Of a DNA stretch of 64,000 bases, positions 1-11,403 are shown in pieces. A program made the position numbers and the translations under genes. The stretch lies in the NCBI RefSeq assembly GCF_036365525.1, contig NC_090397.1, positions 69,445,781-69,509,780 on the forward strand, given 5' to 3'. The DNA is from Heterodontus francisci (lineage: Eukaryota). The notes beneath the pieces were generated by a model. It was not told the DNA's origin and made no database searches. It saw only the letters and a program-made list of their open reading frames with translations. Each line of letters opens with the position of its first letter. The first letter of the stretch is position 1.

Positions 1-374
1 AGAGCAGGAGACTTCTAACATGGCAAATCAAGTTTTCCAGTTAAAAAATGTTTTGTGTGAGAAATCCTTCAGCTCACTTGCTGTAGTCGGGAAAATTAGG
101 TCCGCTTGACTTTCACATCAGTCACGGAAGAAATGGAAAAGTATGAATTCAACAGCTGAAGTCAAATGCAGCAAGCGGGCTAGGCACCTGACACCACATC
201 GCTGTGCTGTGGGCTCAACCTATCTCAGCACAGAACAATCTTGTTTGTTAGTGTGACCAAATTCAATGGAGTTTGGTGCGTGTTCTAAACTGTCAATAAA
301 AGTTTGTTCGTACTTTCATCAACTCGGTTCTAATCATTGAGAAACCAAAATGAAACAGCAACAGATCCTATAAG

Positions 375-739
375 TTTGTTTATTTTATTTATTTTTTATT
401 TAGAGATACAGCACTGAAACAGGCCCTTCGGCCCACCGAGTTTGTGCCGACCATCAACCACCCATTTATACTAATCCTACACTAATCCCCTATTCCTACC
501 ACATCCCCACCAGTCCCTATATTTCCCTACCACCTACCTATACTAGGGGCAATTTATAACGGCCAATTTACCTATCAACCTGCAAGTCTTTGGCATGTGG
601 GAGGAAACCGGAGCACCCGGAGAAAACCCACGCAGACACAGGGAGAACTTGCAAACTCCACACAGGCAGTACCCAGGATTGAACCCGGGTCGCTGGAGCT
701 GTGAGGCTGCGGTGCTAACCACTGCGCCACTGTGCCACC
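375..739 (-). mobile_element. tRNA-derived SINE, shark HE1/V-SINE type, full length
   Basis: Minus strand starts GGTGGCACAGTGGCGCAGTGGTTAGC (A box), has GGGTTCAATCC (B box), the V-like core GGGTGCTCCGGTTTCCTCCCACA and a CR1-like tail GGGCCGAAGGGCCTGTTTCAGTGCTGTATCTC followed by AAAT repeats; CCTATA on both flanks. Confidence 0.85.
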
Positions 740-952
740 TATAGATCAGGGTTGCCCAACCTTTTCAGGCGGAGGACCGCATTGCAATTTTTGCTCGGCC
801 CAGGGGGCCGGTGAGGAAATTTCAAAAGATAAAGGCATTAAAAATTTATCTTACTAATAAAAACAACAACAAATGTGCATTTTTGTGAAGAAGCTTTAAA
901 TGAGAAGACTAATTTATTGACCTACTTTCTCGTCACCATATTGAAAACTGGT

Positions 953-1072
953 TTAGTGACATACCTGGCATTGTTTTTGCTTGCAAAAGTAGTCAACCTC
1001 TGCATGCACACTTGATGTAGCGATGCAGAGTATTCTGGATAGATACCCATCTGTCAGGAGTGATCTTGATCT
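953..1072 (-). pseudogene. hAT transposase C-terminal (dimerization region) remnant
   Basis: RSRSLLTDGYLSRILCIATSSVHAEVDYFCKQKQCQVCH* matches the RS.LTD.HL..ILRIATS....D.....KQCQ.SH C-terminal pattern of Charlie/Buster transposases. Confidence 0.75.
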
Positions 1073-1520
1073 CTCTCTCTGTTTCTCTCTCTCCCTGTGC
1101 TTCCCACTCTCTGCGTCGTCCTTGCGCTCTGTGTTCTCCCCCCGTTCCCCCCCTCTCTGTTTTGCTTCCTCTCTTTTCCCCCCTCTCTCTCTGTTTCCTC
1201 CCCTCCATTTCCCCCCTCTCTCCATTTCCCCCCTCCCTTTTCCCCTCCCTCTCTCTGTTTTCCCCCTCTCTCTCTCTGTTCCCCTTTCTCTTGTCCCCCT
1301 CGCTCTCTCTCTCTGTTTCCTCTCCTCTCTTTTCCCCCTCTCTCTCTGTGTTTTCCCCCTCTCTCTCTCTGTTTTCCCCCTCTCTCTCTCTGGTTTCACC
1401 CTTCTCTCTCTCTGTTCCCCTCTCTCTTTGTCCCCTCCTCTCTCTATTACCCCCTTTCTCTCTGTTTCCCCCCTCTGTTTTCCCTTCTCTCTCTCTCTGT
1501 TCCACCCCCCCCCCCCCACC
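1071..1520. repeat. CT-rich low-complexity / degenerate minisatellite
   Basis: Repeated CTCTCTGTTTTCCCCCT-like units; explains the overlapping low-complexity ORFs at 953-1655. Confidence 0.95.
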
Positions 1521-3187
1521 TTACTGACAGCTACATTGAGTGGGAACACTCAGCTGAGCAGCTTTTGCTCGGTCAGTTTGTTTAAAAACATCATACTGCG
1601 TTTCACAGCTCAGTTGCTGAAGCGGAATGCGCTTCCCAACATCGGACAGATTTGAGGTTTTCCTGTGGACGTTTTGAAAAAAGTCGGAAAACCCCAAATC
1701 TGTCCGGTGTTGGGAAGTGTGTTTCCACTTCCTGCGTCAGCAGCTGAGCTGTGAAACTCAGTGCGATGTTTTTAAAAAGGCCAGTCTGCAAGAAGAAGAC
1801 AATGGGAATTTCCCATCTCCAGTCACGGAGCCCTGGGGAGGATGAGGAACGGCCTCGGATACAGTTTACACCCGCGGGCCGGATGGAAACCTTTGGCGGG
1901 CTGGATCCTGGCCCGCGGGACGTATGTGGGACAAGCTTGGTCTAGATGTAGTTTATTTTATTAATTAATCTTCCAAATCACTCTTCACTGTCCCCTACAA
2001 TTAACTTTGGAGTTTTAATTTCTTATTACACAGCAGATTGCTAACATAAAAAAAAAACACGAAGGTCGCGTTTCCTCGGAATATTTTAAAGTTGACCGTG
2101 CGCGACTGCACTCACATAATAACCAGTCCAAAGACCAATTGCTGTGTGTTCGTCTCCTCAAGTTGGTCCCCTATCACTTGCTCAATTCACTGTCCTATAA
2201 GATTGGTGATTTTACCTCCAAGTTATGCTGAAGTTTTTGTGTCAATGGGGCATAAAAACCATGTAACATCAGTGCAAAAGCCAGGCATTTGGTGGAAACA
2301 GTTTTGCTCTGATGTTATTTGATGTTCAGTTGTGTTATACGGAACCAAATACTGGCATTAATTTGTTTAAGTCATGGTCGCATGCTTCAAAGAATTATAA
2401 AATCTGGTGTATAATTGGTGGCTTCATCCTCTCCTGAGGGCTGATCTTTTGACTATTATGCTCTTGCCCTCTGGCACGCTCTTCTAAAACCTTTATCTAT
2501 CTCTCCCTGCATTCACCAGCCTCCTAAAACATAAGTGCCTTTGGATTCTTTCCTCCCTGCAAATTCCTTCATTCCTTGCTCAGCTTCCAGCTGTAAACAT
2601 CTCTCAGTTAGACCTTACATGAGGAGCACCACACAACTGTGACATCAAGTTTCACCAAGCCGACAGCACAGAAACAGGCTGTTCGATCCACCTGGTCTAT
2701 GGCAGCGTTTATGCTCCACAACAGCCTCGTTGTAAGTTTAAAGGTATGACCTGTGCAGTCATATCAGTTCAGGTGTCAGCAAAATGGCAAGCAGAAAATT
2801 GGACACATGGAACTCTTCACTGACAAACATGGATTTTTAAAAAGTTTCTGTCCGTTCTAGTCTTGACTTCAAAAGCACTGATAATAAATAAATCAACCAC
2901 TGGTCTCCAACAAGAGTGGCTGTGAGACATGCCAAACAATTTAGTAAAGAGATTCTCTTTTAATTGATTGTTCACCAGTAATTATTGCAGTTTACTTCCA
3001 TTGTCACAGTGTGGATTGTAAAGGAGATTCAGCTGGACAGACTGATATATAACACATTGTATGTTTTGAGAATGGCCGCAGGGCAGTTCAGGTAAAGTGA
3101 AGAAAACGTCAAAACTCTACTTTTAAAACGTCAGTACAAAGTACTACCCTTGATTTCTGTACACTCTTTACCCCGTGGAATACTTAC

Positions 3188-3196
3188 TTGGTCCCT
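3188..3196 (-). CDS. Candidate 9-nt microexon of FRMD4A (unconfirmed)
   Basis: Minus strand TATGCTGCTATTTTCGATTGCTTTCTGCAAAG|AGGGACCAA|GTAAGTA; frame-preserving, no stop in the phase-1 frame. Confidence 0.4.
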
Positions 3197-3645
3197 CTTT
3201 GCAGAAAGCAATCGAAAATAGCAGCATAAATACCATCATTACAGACAGTTTATAAACACACTGCAATCCAGAGAATCTATCATTTTTCCACTGTGAATAC
3301 CAGCTCAGTTTCACGTTTCCACTCATTTTAGGAGGTCTAATGCTAGCTCATTTTCCTAATCCAAACAATGGGAAATTTAAAAAAAAACTAAATTGAGTGT
3401 GGTTTAGTAAGAATTCTAAAAAAATTGGAAAAAAGGCCAAGACTCTGACCTTAATGAAGAATATCTGTTTCATTTGCAATTTTGATTAAATGCGATTCTA
3501 ACCTTGCATGAATGCTGGAAGAAATGTTTTATCCTCCATAGTATAATGGGAATGTGCGATGGACACTCCGCAGTTCAGGCTGAGATGATTAATTCCTCTG
3601 ACAAACAGGATTGGCAGTTAATAGGGATAAGTACAGACTGAAGAA

Positions 3646-4070
3646 AACAGGAAGACTTGCATTTATATAGCGCCAGTCATCGCATAGCCCTTTACAGCCA
3701 ATGACGTACTTTTGAAGTGTAGTCACTGTTGGAATGTGGGAAACGCAGTAGCCAATTTGTGCACAGCAAGCTCCCACAAACAGCAACGAGATAATGACCG
3801 ATAATCTGTAATTTTTTGTGATGTTGATTGAGGGAGAAATATTGACCAGGACACCAGGGAGAACTCCCTTACTCTTCTTCAAAATAGTGCCATGGGATCT
3901 TTTACATCCACCTGAGAGAGTAGACAGGGCTTCAGTTGAACATGCCATTCGAAAGACGGTACTGCACTGGAGTGTCAGCCTTGATTTTTGTGCTAAGTCT
4001 CTGGAGTGAACCCACAAACTTCCAACTCAGAGGCAGGAGTGTTACCAACTGAGAGCCACAGCTGACACTG
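3646..4070 (-). mobile_element. Deu-domain SINE (SacSINE1/AmnSINE1-related)
   Basis: Minus strand Deu core CTCTCAGGTGGATGTAAAAGATCCCATGGCACTATTTTGAAGAAGAG and an L2-like tail GCGCTATATAAATGCAAGTC. Confidence 0.8.
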
Positions 4071-4429
4071 AAAGGCAAAGGGACAATACTGCATGGAGAA
4101 CAGCTGGGATGGTGTAAGTGTGAGGGTGGATGAGAATTCTGAAGTTTACCTTCATTATGTTCAGGGATCAGAACTCTCTGAAGCGATTAATGGATGGGGT
4201 AGAGCAAGCAATAGGTTAGGTGGTACAAGTACGTGGCAGAAACCTGCTTCGTGGCTTATGGGGCTTTCTGTCTTTCATGGCTTCACGTTCCTCTATAAAT
4301 GGAAGAAAAGACCTTTGTGTCAGGGGCAACTGCAGGGCACCCCGGGCGGATGCAGCTCCTGTAACCGTCCGTTGCTGGTAGCATTGCTCAGTCCAGGCAG
4401 GTTGAGCTCTCAGACTCATGCACTCCCAT

Positions 4430-4800
4430 GATTCATTTAAGGGGATGCTTGATAAACACATGAGGGGGAAAGGATTAGAATGATGTGTTGACAGGGCGAG
4501 ATGAAGTACAAAGATTGAAGATAGAAAGACTTGCATTTATATAGCGCCTTTCACAACCTCAAGACATGGCAAAGCGCTTTACAGCAAATTAAGTACTTTT
4601 GAAGTGTAGTTGCTGTTGTAATGTGGGAAACGCAGCAGCCTGTTTGCGCACAGCAAGATCCCACAAACAGCACTGAGGTAATGACCAGATGGTCTGTTTT
4701 TAGCGAAGAGGATAATAGACGTTGCGGGATGGGAGAGGGTTCCCGCGGAGAATAGGTTAGTTTGGCGGAATGGTCTGTTTCTGTGCTGTATATGATTCTG
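4430..4800. mobile_element. CR1 3' tail (+) interrupted by a DeuSINE 3' half (-, about 4523-4700)
   Basis: CR1 tail motifs at 4430-4500 and 4740-4800; AAGACTTGCATTTATATAGCGCCTTTCAC in between. Confidence 0.6.
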
Positions 4801-5759
4801 TGTAACATACAATTTCTAAAAACCATGCGAGGCTGTGCCAGTTTTATTAAAGTATGTAGCTATTGAATAAAAAGAATTTCAAAGATCGTCTTGAACAGGT
4901 TCTCAGATTTCCTACCATATATCTCTCATCCAGCAGCTTGTTTATCAAATTAATTTGCTCTTATCAGAATACATGGAGACAGCTACTGACTTTTACTGGC
5001 GCTTTGAAGGAAATGTGAGGAAAATCAGTGGCTTAGCCAAGCTCAGGTTTAAATCCAAGCTGTTACTTCTGGGTTGCTCAGCTTCCCCCAAGTACGGCTG
5101 CATTGAAATCAGAAACTATACTTCATGGTTGCTGCCAAAGGATTTCAAGTTGCACGCCTGGAGTTTCTCCCAATTTCCCGCTGTAACCTTGGCAGATGTT
5201 GGATCGGCCCTGGGGAAACAATGCCTTTTGCCGTTTCTGGCCACGGAAATAATGGTGATAGATCAGAGGAGGCACACAGAAACTCTTGCCTGTGTTGTCT
5301 GTAACTTACTGGTCCCTAATTACAAATTGACACCACGGGAACTGCTATTGTACACACAAATACCTGAGGCACTTTTCTTCTTCTGATTGACTCTCTCTCT
5401 CTCTCTCCTGATTCTGTTTTATTTTATTTGTTCATGGGATGTAAGTGTCACTAGCAAGGCCAGTATTTATTGCCCATTGCTAAATTGCCCTTGAGAAGGT
5501 GATGGTGAGCTGCAGGGGGGGGGATGCTCGTGATCGGCATTAGGAGTAGGAACTTAGGCTGATTCCAGGTTCGCCAAGGACAAAACTCGACCCCCAATTG
5601 CTGCCTGCTTGAAATCAATGAATCCAGTGTAAAGCAGGAAGCAAAAAGCAGGAATCAAACTCCAGGCCTTCTGATCAATGGGAGAAGATCTCCTCTGTGT
5701 GAACTGCATAATGAAACTGTAAAAATATTCTCTATAAGTAGGTTTATGATGTGAAGAAA

Positions 5760-6122
5760 AAGAAAGAACTTGCAGTTATAATAGCACCTCTCACAATCTC
5801 AGGATATCACAAAGCACTCTACAGCCAATGAAGTACTTTTGAAGTGCAGTCACTGTTGTAGGAAGCATGGCAGCCAATTAACGCACAGCAAGATCCCACA
5901 AACAGCCGGTGGAAAAATAAGACCAGATAACTTGTTTCATTGATGTTGGTTAAGCAATAAATATTGGCCAAGACAAAGACAGCATCTCCAACAGTGCAGC
6001 GCTCCCTCAGTACTGCACTAGAGTGTCAGCCTGGATTACTTACTCAAGTTTCTGGACTGGTATACGAACCTAGAATCTTTTGACTTAGAAATGAAGGTGC
6101 GACCAACTGAGTCACAGCTGAT
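5760..6122 (-). mobile_element. Deu-domain SINE, internally deleted
   Basis: Same head (CAGTACTGAGGGAG) and tail as 3646-4070. Confidence 0.75.
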
Positions 6123-6354
6123 ATCTATACTGCACCCAACAAAGAGGAATTCTCCAACTTTTTAACTCATTAGTTTGATATTTAGTTCAATAATTTGCAA
6201 ATAGTAAAGCTGAGAAAATTAAAAAGCACAGCAGCCAGACTGCAATTTTAATAATTCAATTAATTTAAATTTTGTTCTGATTTTTTCAACATGCTGGAGA
6301 AATAATAACATAATCTGATGCAAGGATGGAATAAGACAATACTGTGAGGTTAAA

Positions 6355-6660
6355 CACAAGCAAAATACTACAGATGCTGGAAATCTGAAATAAAACAGAA
6401 AATGCTGGAAATCCTCAGTAGGTCTGCCAGCATCTGTGAAGAGAGAATCAGAGTTAATGTTTCAGGTCGATGGTCATCATCCCTTAGTCATTTAATCTCT
6501 CCTGCACTTCACCCTATCAGAGATCTTCCCTTTGGTTCACTCCCCTTCCCCTCCGTTCCCTGTCTCTGTATTCACTTAAATCCTGTTACATCTTTCACTT
6601 TTCCCAGTTCTGATGAAAAGTCATTGACCTGAAACATTAACTCTGTTTCTCCCTCAACTG
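6355..6660. mobile_element. Penelope-like element terminus in inverted arrangement, with hammerhead-like motif
   Basis: GATGCTGGAAATCTGAAATAAAACAGAAAATGCTGGAAAT...GAGTTAATGTTTCAGGTC is inverted against GACCTGAAACATTAACTC; CTGATGA...GAAA core at 6610-6634. Confidence 0.6.
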
Positions 6661-6707
6661 TTATATCTTGCCAGAGAAACAACAGCTTTTCAGAGTGTGT
6701 GCCTCAC

Positions 6708-6849
6708 CTGATGACAGCAGGCTGCCACTGCTTCCACTGATGATTTTGCCTTTACTTCCCATATTAGCTAGCTTGGACATCTTCAAAGTTCCAGTTTCCG
6801 TTAAATCAATGGCGATTTCACTTAGACTTCTTGCTGCATGAATTTTCGA
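6708..6849 (-). CDS. FRMD4A: FRMD4A coding exon (142 nt) SKIHAARSLSEIAIDLTETGTLKMSKLANMGSKGKIISGSSGSLLSS-G
   Basis: CAG acceptor, GTGAG donor, phase 0 to 1; peptide matches recalled FRMD4A rather than FRMD4B. Confidence 0.95.
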
Positions 6850-6970
6850 CTGGAGGAAGTAACAAAAGTAGTAAATAATGGATCCAAAACCATGATGCAC
6901 ATGTCACAAAGCCAGGGTACTGGCAGCAAGAACACGAACAGTGTTTAAAATGTAGCTGAATGCTGTAATT

Positions 6971-7170
6971 GGGGGGGGGGGGGGGGGGGGGGGTCGGTTA
7001 GCTCAGTTGGCTAGACAGCTAGCGTGAAATGCATAAAGATGCCAACTACCGGCTGTGGTAGTTTATGGAGGCCTGCCTCCTCGCCTCACCCTACACTTGA
7101 GGACTATAAATCGCCAATTGTCTCTCTCTAATGGGGAGAGATCCTGTGATCCTTTGGGACTATGGTTAGA
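6971..7170 (+). mobile_element. Poly-G run followed by a tRNA-headed SINE fragment
   Basis: About 23 G, then TCGGTTAGCTCAGTTGGCTAGAC (A-box-like). Confidence 0.45.
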
Positions 7171-7640
7171 GCATGCAGTAATGTGAGGGTTGAGGAAAAG
7201 GATGAGCTTCAATGGGTTATTTATTTATTTGGAGATACAGCACTGAAACAGGTCCTCTGTTGCACATCCTACAGTTCTCTTGAAAACTATTTCAATCCAT
7301 GCTCAGAATTTCAGTGGCAAAGAGTAACCTACTGATGATCAGAATGATGGTGAAGAATGAAGGTTTCAAAGATTAGAATTACAGAAAAGTAGCAAGGATT
7401 TGCAGTGTACTGAACACCATCCCACACTGTGTCTCATGACTGCTTCAGCCTTGGTATTCTCTCGGTGTGAGTAGGAGTCTTGTGCATACTGAAAGTTGCT
7501 GACTTAATGCTTTTCCCTCAAGGTTTCTGGCCCCACCCCTAAATGTGTTGACTCGCAAGTAGACATGTTGCCCTAAACTCAGATTCTTCACGATCCAGGC
7601 AGTGTGCATGACCTTTGGGGTGAAGCAGCTGAGTCTAAGT

Positions 7641-7959
7641 CAATGGTCCTCAAACGTTTTGGATGAAGGATCCCTTTTCAAATATATAAATTATCTTAGT
7701 CCTATATAAAACACATAATAGGAAAGTGCAGCATGTAAAGAGTATTTTAATAACGTTTTTAAGAAAATAGGTATTTATTTACAGATATTAGCTCGATTGG
7801 TGTGTCTGCTTCTCACGACAGAGTTGTCTGTTCTTGGTGTGATGTTTGTTGTGCTCCATACCAAACCCCCTTGTTATTACATTCACATTATTTTGCAGAC
7901 TCACTGGAAAGTCTCTACAGACCCCTCGGGGTCTGCGGATCCCAGTTTGAGAACAACAG
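7641..7959. mobile_element. hAT-Charlie-type MITE
   Basis: TIRs CAATGGTCCTCAAAC / GTTTGAGAACAACAG (CAGTGGTTCTCAAAC-like); 8-bp TSD GTCTAAGT/GTCTAAAT (7/8). Confidence 0.75.
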
Positions 7960-8334
7960 GTCTAAATAACCACAGACTGAGTAGTGAACAGCACCAGGGA
8001 TCCTGGATGGTTTTCCTCCTGTGTAGCCCAGAGACACAGGCAAATTGCAGTGGTCAAAACCACAGCCTGGCTAAGATTAGCACAAAGTAGTCACTGAGCT
8101 TGGGAACGTCTTGGTCAGTAAGGTTCACTAGGCAGTGCATTCACTAACTGAGCCAAAGAGATTGCAGGGGAGGCAATGGAAGCTATTCATTTAGTCTGTT
8201 CTCCAACATCTCGTGCAAAGTGGCATTTATTTATAAATAGGATTCTTAAGTAAAGAAAAAAGGTCTGTAGATAATATATGCCAAGGGCTAAAACACTTGA
8301 TCTAGGAAATATTTTTAGCCTAGTTTATGCTCAC

Positions 8335-8473
8335 CTTGCTTTGTTTTCTGTCCAGGTAGAACTGATGCTGACTAATGGCCATTGCCCAAATTGACTTAAT
8401 CAGAGCAGTGCTGGCATACCATGTATGCACTGCGATTCCACTGTGACCAAACGTTCTCCTGGTTACAGAAGCC
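8335..8473 (-). CDS. FRMD4A: FRMD4A coding exon (139 nt) ASVTRRTFGHSGIAVHTWYASTALIKSIWAMAISQHQFYLDRKQSK
   Basis: CAG/GTGAG splice sites, phase 2 to 0; end of FERM C-lobe. Confidence 0.96.
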
Positions 8474-8911
8474 CTGGGAACATAAACAGAAAGCAAAGTT
8501 GCTGTACAAGTTTCTCTCCGACCCCAAGAGTGTATAGCGTTACTGTTCACAATAGTTTGAACATTTACAATATGAATTCCGTCTCTCGCTATGAATGTTA
8601 GCAGCATTCCCTCTTCCTCCCACAGGACTTTGACTTCAAAAGACTGCAGATCGATCTTACAATCTTATTCAGAACAACTAATGGATTTTAAGAAGTTTTG
8701 TTTGCATACTTAAAACAAACACTGGATACAAGGCAGCAGCCTGCTAACACCATCTTTACACAAATGTTGGCAAGTTATTTACAATTTTAAGATAGCAAAA
8801 ATTCCAAATTTTTAGAAGCAATCTGCTTCTATTTTCCCAGGAAGAATATACAAGCAGGCAGAAATCAGACTGGACTGTGAATGACACTAATAAACAATGG
8901 CTTTACTTTAC

Positions 8912-8988
8912 CTGCGTGGATCATGGACTTCCACAGAAAATTTCTTCTCCCTGAAGTACAGGTTCTCCAACTGTCTCCATTGAAAAAT
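8912..8988 (-). CDS. FRMD4A: FRMD4A coding exon (77 nt) IFQWRQLENLYFREKKFSVEVHDPR-R
   Basis: AAG acceptor after a pyrimidine tract, GTAAAG donor, phase 0 to 2. Confidence 0.96.
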
Positions 8989-10129
8989 CTTGACAAGACA
9001 AAGAATTAAGAATGAAAGGCGTTTGTTATTTCACCCTTTTTAAAGGCATAAACAAGTTTTCTTCAGGTTTCCTGCACACACTTGTCTGCCCTTTCATAAA
9101 ATCTCTGCACTTTCTCTCTCTCCTCCTGCAAGATGCAGAAAAAAATCTGACAGGGCTGTGAGCTGATTTCAAACACTTTGGGTGTGTTTTCCTGAGGACT
9201 TTTTTTCTTAAGAAAAACAGCTAAACAGTCCCTTCCGGTAGTCTGCTTTCCCTCTTCGTTTTCCACACAATTCCTGCAACACCAGTCTTTTCCTTCTTGC
9301 TGCCAGTACTTCTGAGAAGTAAGCAAAACCATCTGTGACTCAGTACTTAGAGGACTGCTGAATATAATTTCCTCCCCTCATGAACTGGTTGGAAGTAAAA
9401 GATGGGAAGACATTCAATCACTTGCCCCTCATGGGACCCCACTTCCTGCTCACTAATCTACAATAGCTCCTGACATGTACGATTGCTATAGCAGCAATGC
9501 AATGAAAGCTTTAAGGGTGGAGCTTCTTCAGAAACCCTTATGATTAGCCAAAAATAAAACAAGATCTATGATAACTCACAATGTAGCAGACTGACTCCCA
9601 GCCTTCCTAAAGTAAAGAAAACAAAAATCAACCTTCACTACTTTTGTGTAGCTTAAATGAAGTGGCAATTTCCAAACTTCACTTTCGACTGTTCTCTTTC
9701 GCTGAAGTTTTTTTGTTTGGTTTCTGGCTGCTGGTTAACGGACATATGCTAATGAGGGTTTTTAAGCTCCCATTACAGCAGAGGTTCAGGAATGTCAAAC
9801 ATGCCAGATGTTTGTGTTGTGAGAATTCCAGCTGAGACCACATGGGGTGGTGTCAAAGACAGAAGAACCTGACACTGCAGTCTGTGACTCCTGGGCAGCA
9901 TCATACATGAGACAAGCTCAAGATGCTGGTGATGAGAGCTGCTCTCTACAATTTCTGAATGTGGATAGCACTGCACTGGGGCTCAGCATCAATCTGCAAT
10001 GCTGTTCTTTATTAGACACGTAAAATAAGGAAGCACAGAAGACAGAATAGTTCCACTAGCCTATCAAACTTGCTCCTTTTTTTTCCATAGGTCACATGCC
10101 ATGTGTTCTATTCCTGCCCGGTTAACCCA

Positions 10130-10860
10130 GAAAACAAAATAGAAATAGGAGATGCTGAAATGGGGTCTGCTGGCATCTGAAAAGAGAAATGATAAGGTTA
10201 ATGTTTCATTCAGCAGCTGCCTCTGAGAAAGCAGCTACTTAGCAGAATTAATCTGGGTTTTTGTTTTCAGATGCAAACAGCCTGATGTGCATTTCCAGCA
10301 TTTTCATGTTTTATTTCAGATTTTGTATCTCTTGCAACTTTAGTAAAAATTATTCTGCACTGATTCCTCTTGTTGCCTCCCATATACAATAGAGGCGAAA
10401 ACACACAAACTTTAATGCCTTTTCTCTTGGCAGATGTCTATTTCCATTTTGCGTTCCCCCCAGTATTTAATCATCTGCACCTATACTTCTTTTTATGATC
10501 CCTATTTATTCTGCTCCCGGTGAGATATACATCCAGCTCTGTTTGTGTAGGTGTTAATCGACAAAGCCATTAACTCCGATACAGACATGCCACGATAAAC
10601 AGAATCACCCTCAAAATTCGAATGCAAGGTGAGCATTTAATTTTCCAGTGACACTAGTATTTAATTATTGCATCTCAAGAGCTTCCCATTAAGTAACCAA
10701 ATGCTGAACTTAGCTACCATGAAATAGAGACAGAAAGTTCTGGAAGCGTGCAGCTGGATTCTGACAAAGGTTCTCTATCTGACCGTTAGACTGCCTTTGT
10801 TTGAAATGTCTCAGCAACATTTCAATTTTCTTTGCGGATTTCCAGCCAGTCTTTTTCTTT
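10130..10860. mobile_element. Two degenerate Penelope-like terminal relics (about 10130-10340 and 10720-10860)
   Basis: Decayed versions of the GAAATAGAAAATGCTGG / CCAGCATTTTC...TTTCAGATTT inverted motif seen at 6355 and 37315. Confidence 0.4.
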
Positions 10861-11403
10861 TGGGCTCCTCATTAAAATATAAATTCAGAAGCATGAGTCT
10901 CATCCTTTTAGTTGGGTGGTGCAAAAATCTCAGAAATATGCGACTGCGACATTATCTGTTTCCTGTGCTGATTCCCTCAGTCCCATAACCTTGGAGAGAT
11001 ATGTGTGCAGTAATGTTTATTTATTCATAACAGCGTAAACACTTGTCTGTCTGCACCGTGATCTACCACCAGGGAAGGCAGAATCGATTGGAAGATTGCG
11101 GATTCCTTAAGCTGGAAAAGGTTTAATATTTTATTAAGAAAAGGGGCTCACGACAGACAACTAAAATAAACAAGGAAGGATAAAGGCTGAGGACACACTG
11201 ACAATTTATTAAAATGGAAGAAAAAGGGACAAAGCTTTGCGAATGTTTCTGCAGCAGACGGAAACCATTCCAAGGAAAATATTGTGAAGGAAAGTGCAGC
11301 AGGCAGTGGATTTATAAATATCCCCCACATTTCTCTTTGGTCACAGATTGTATACACATGTAATAGGACATTGTATTGTGACGTGATAAAACAAGAGAGA
11401 ATC

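Larger units (their letters stand above)
747..1939 (-). mobile_element. Internally deleted hAT (Charlie/Buster-type) DNA transposon
   Basis: Termini CAGGGTTGCCCAACC...GTGGGACAAGCTTG resemble MER30/Charlie ends; 8-bp flanks CTATAGAT/GTCTAGAT (6/8, NTCTAGAN-like); contains a transposase C-terminus. Confidence 0.75.

Noticed and set aside
993-1655. Several 150-210 aa overlapping ORFs (R/E/G-rich or S/L/P/F-rich)
   Set aside because: By-products of the CT/GA low-complexity tract; only the last ~39 aa of ORF 953-1549 are meaningful (transposase remnant)
4955-5386. 143-aa ORF on the + strand
   Set aside because: Non-ATG start, no recognisable domain, antisense intronic; consistent with chance
1-6707. 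Next constitutive FRMD4A exon (expected SQESDSSQSAKKDML-like)
   Set aside because: Not found by eye in this interval; presumably lies beyond the left edge
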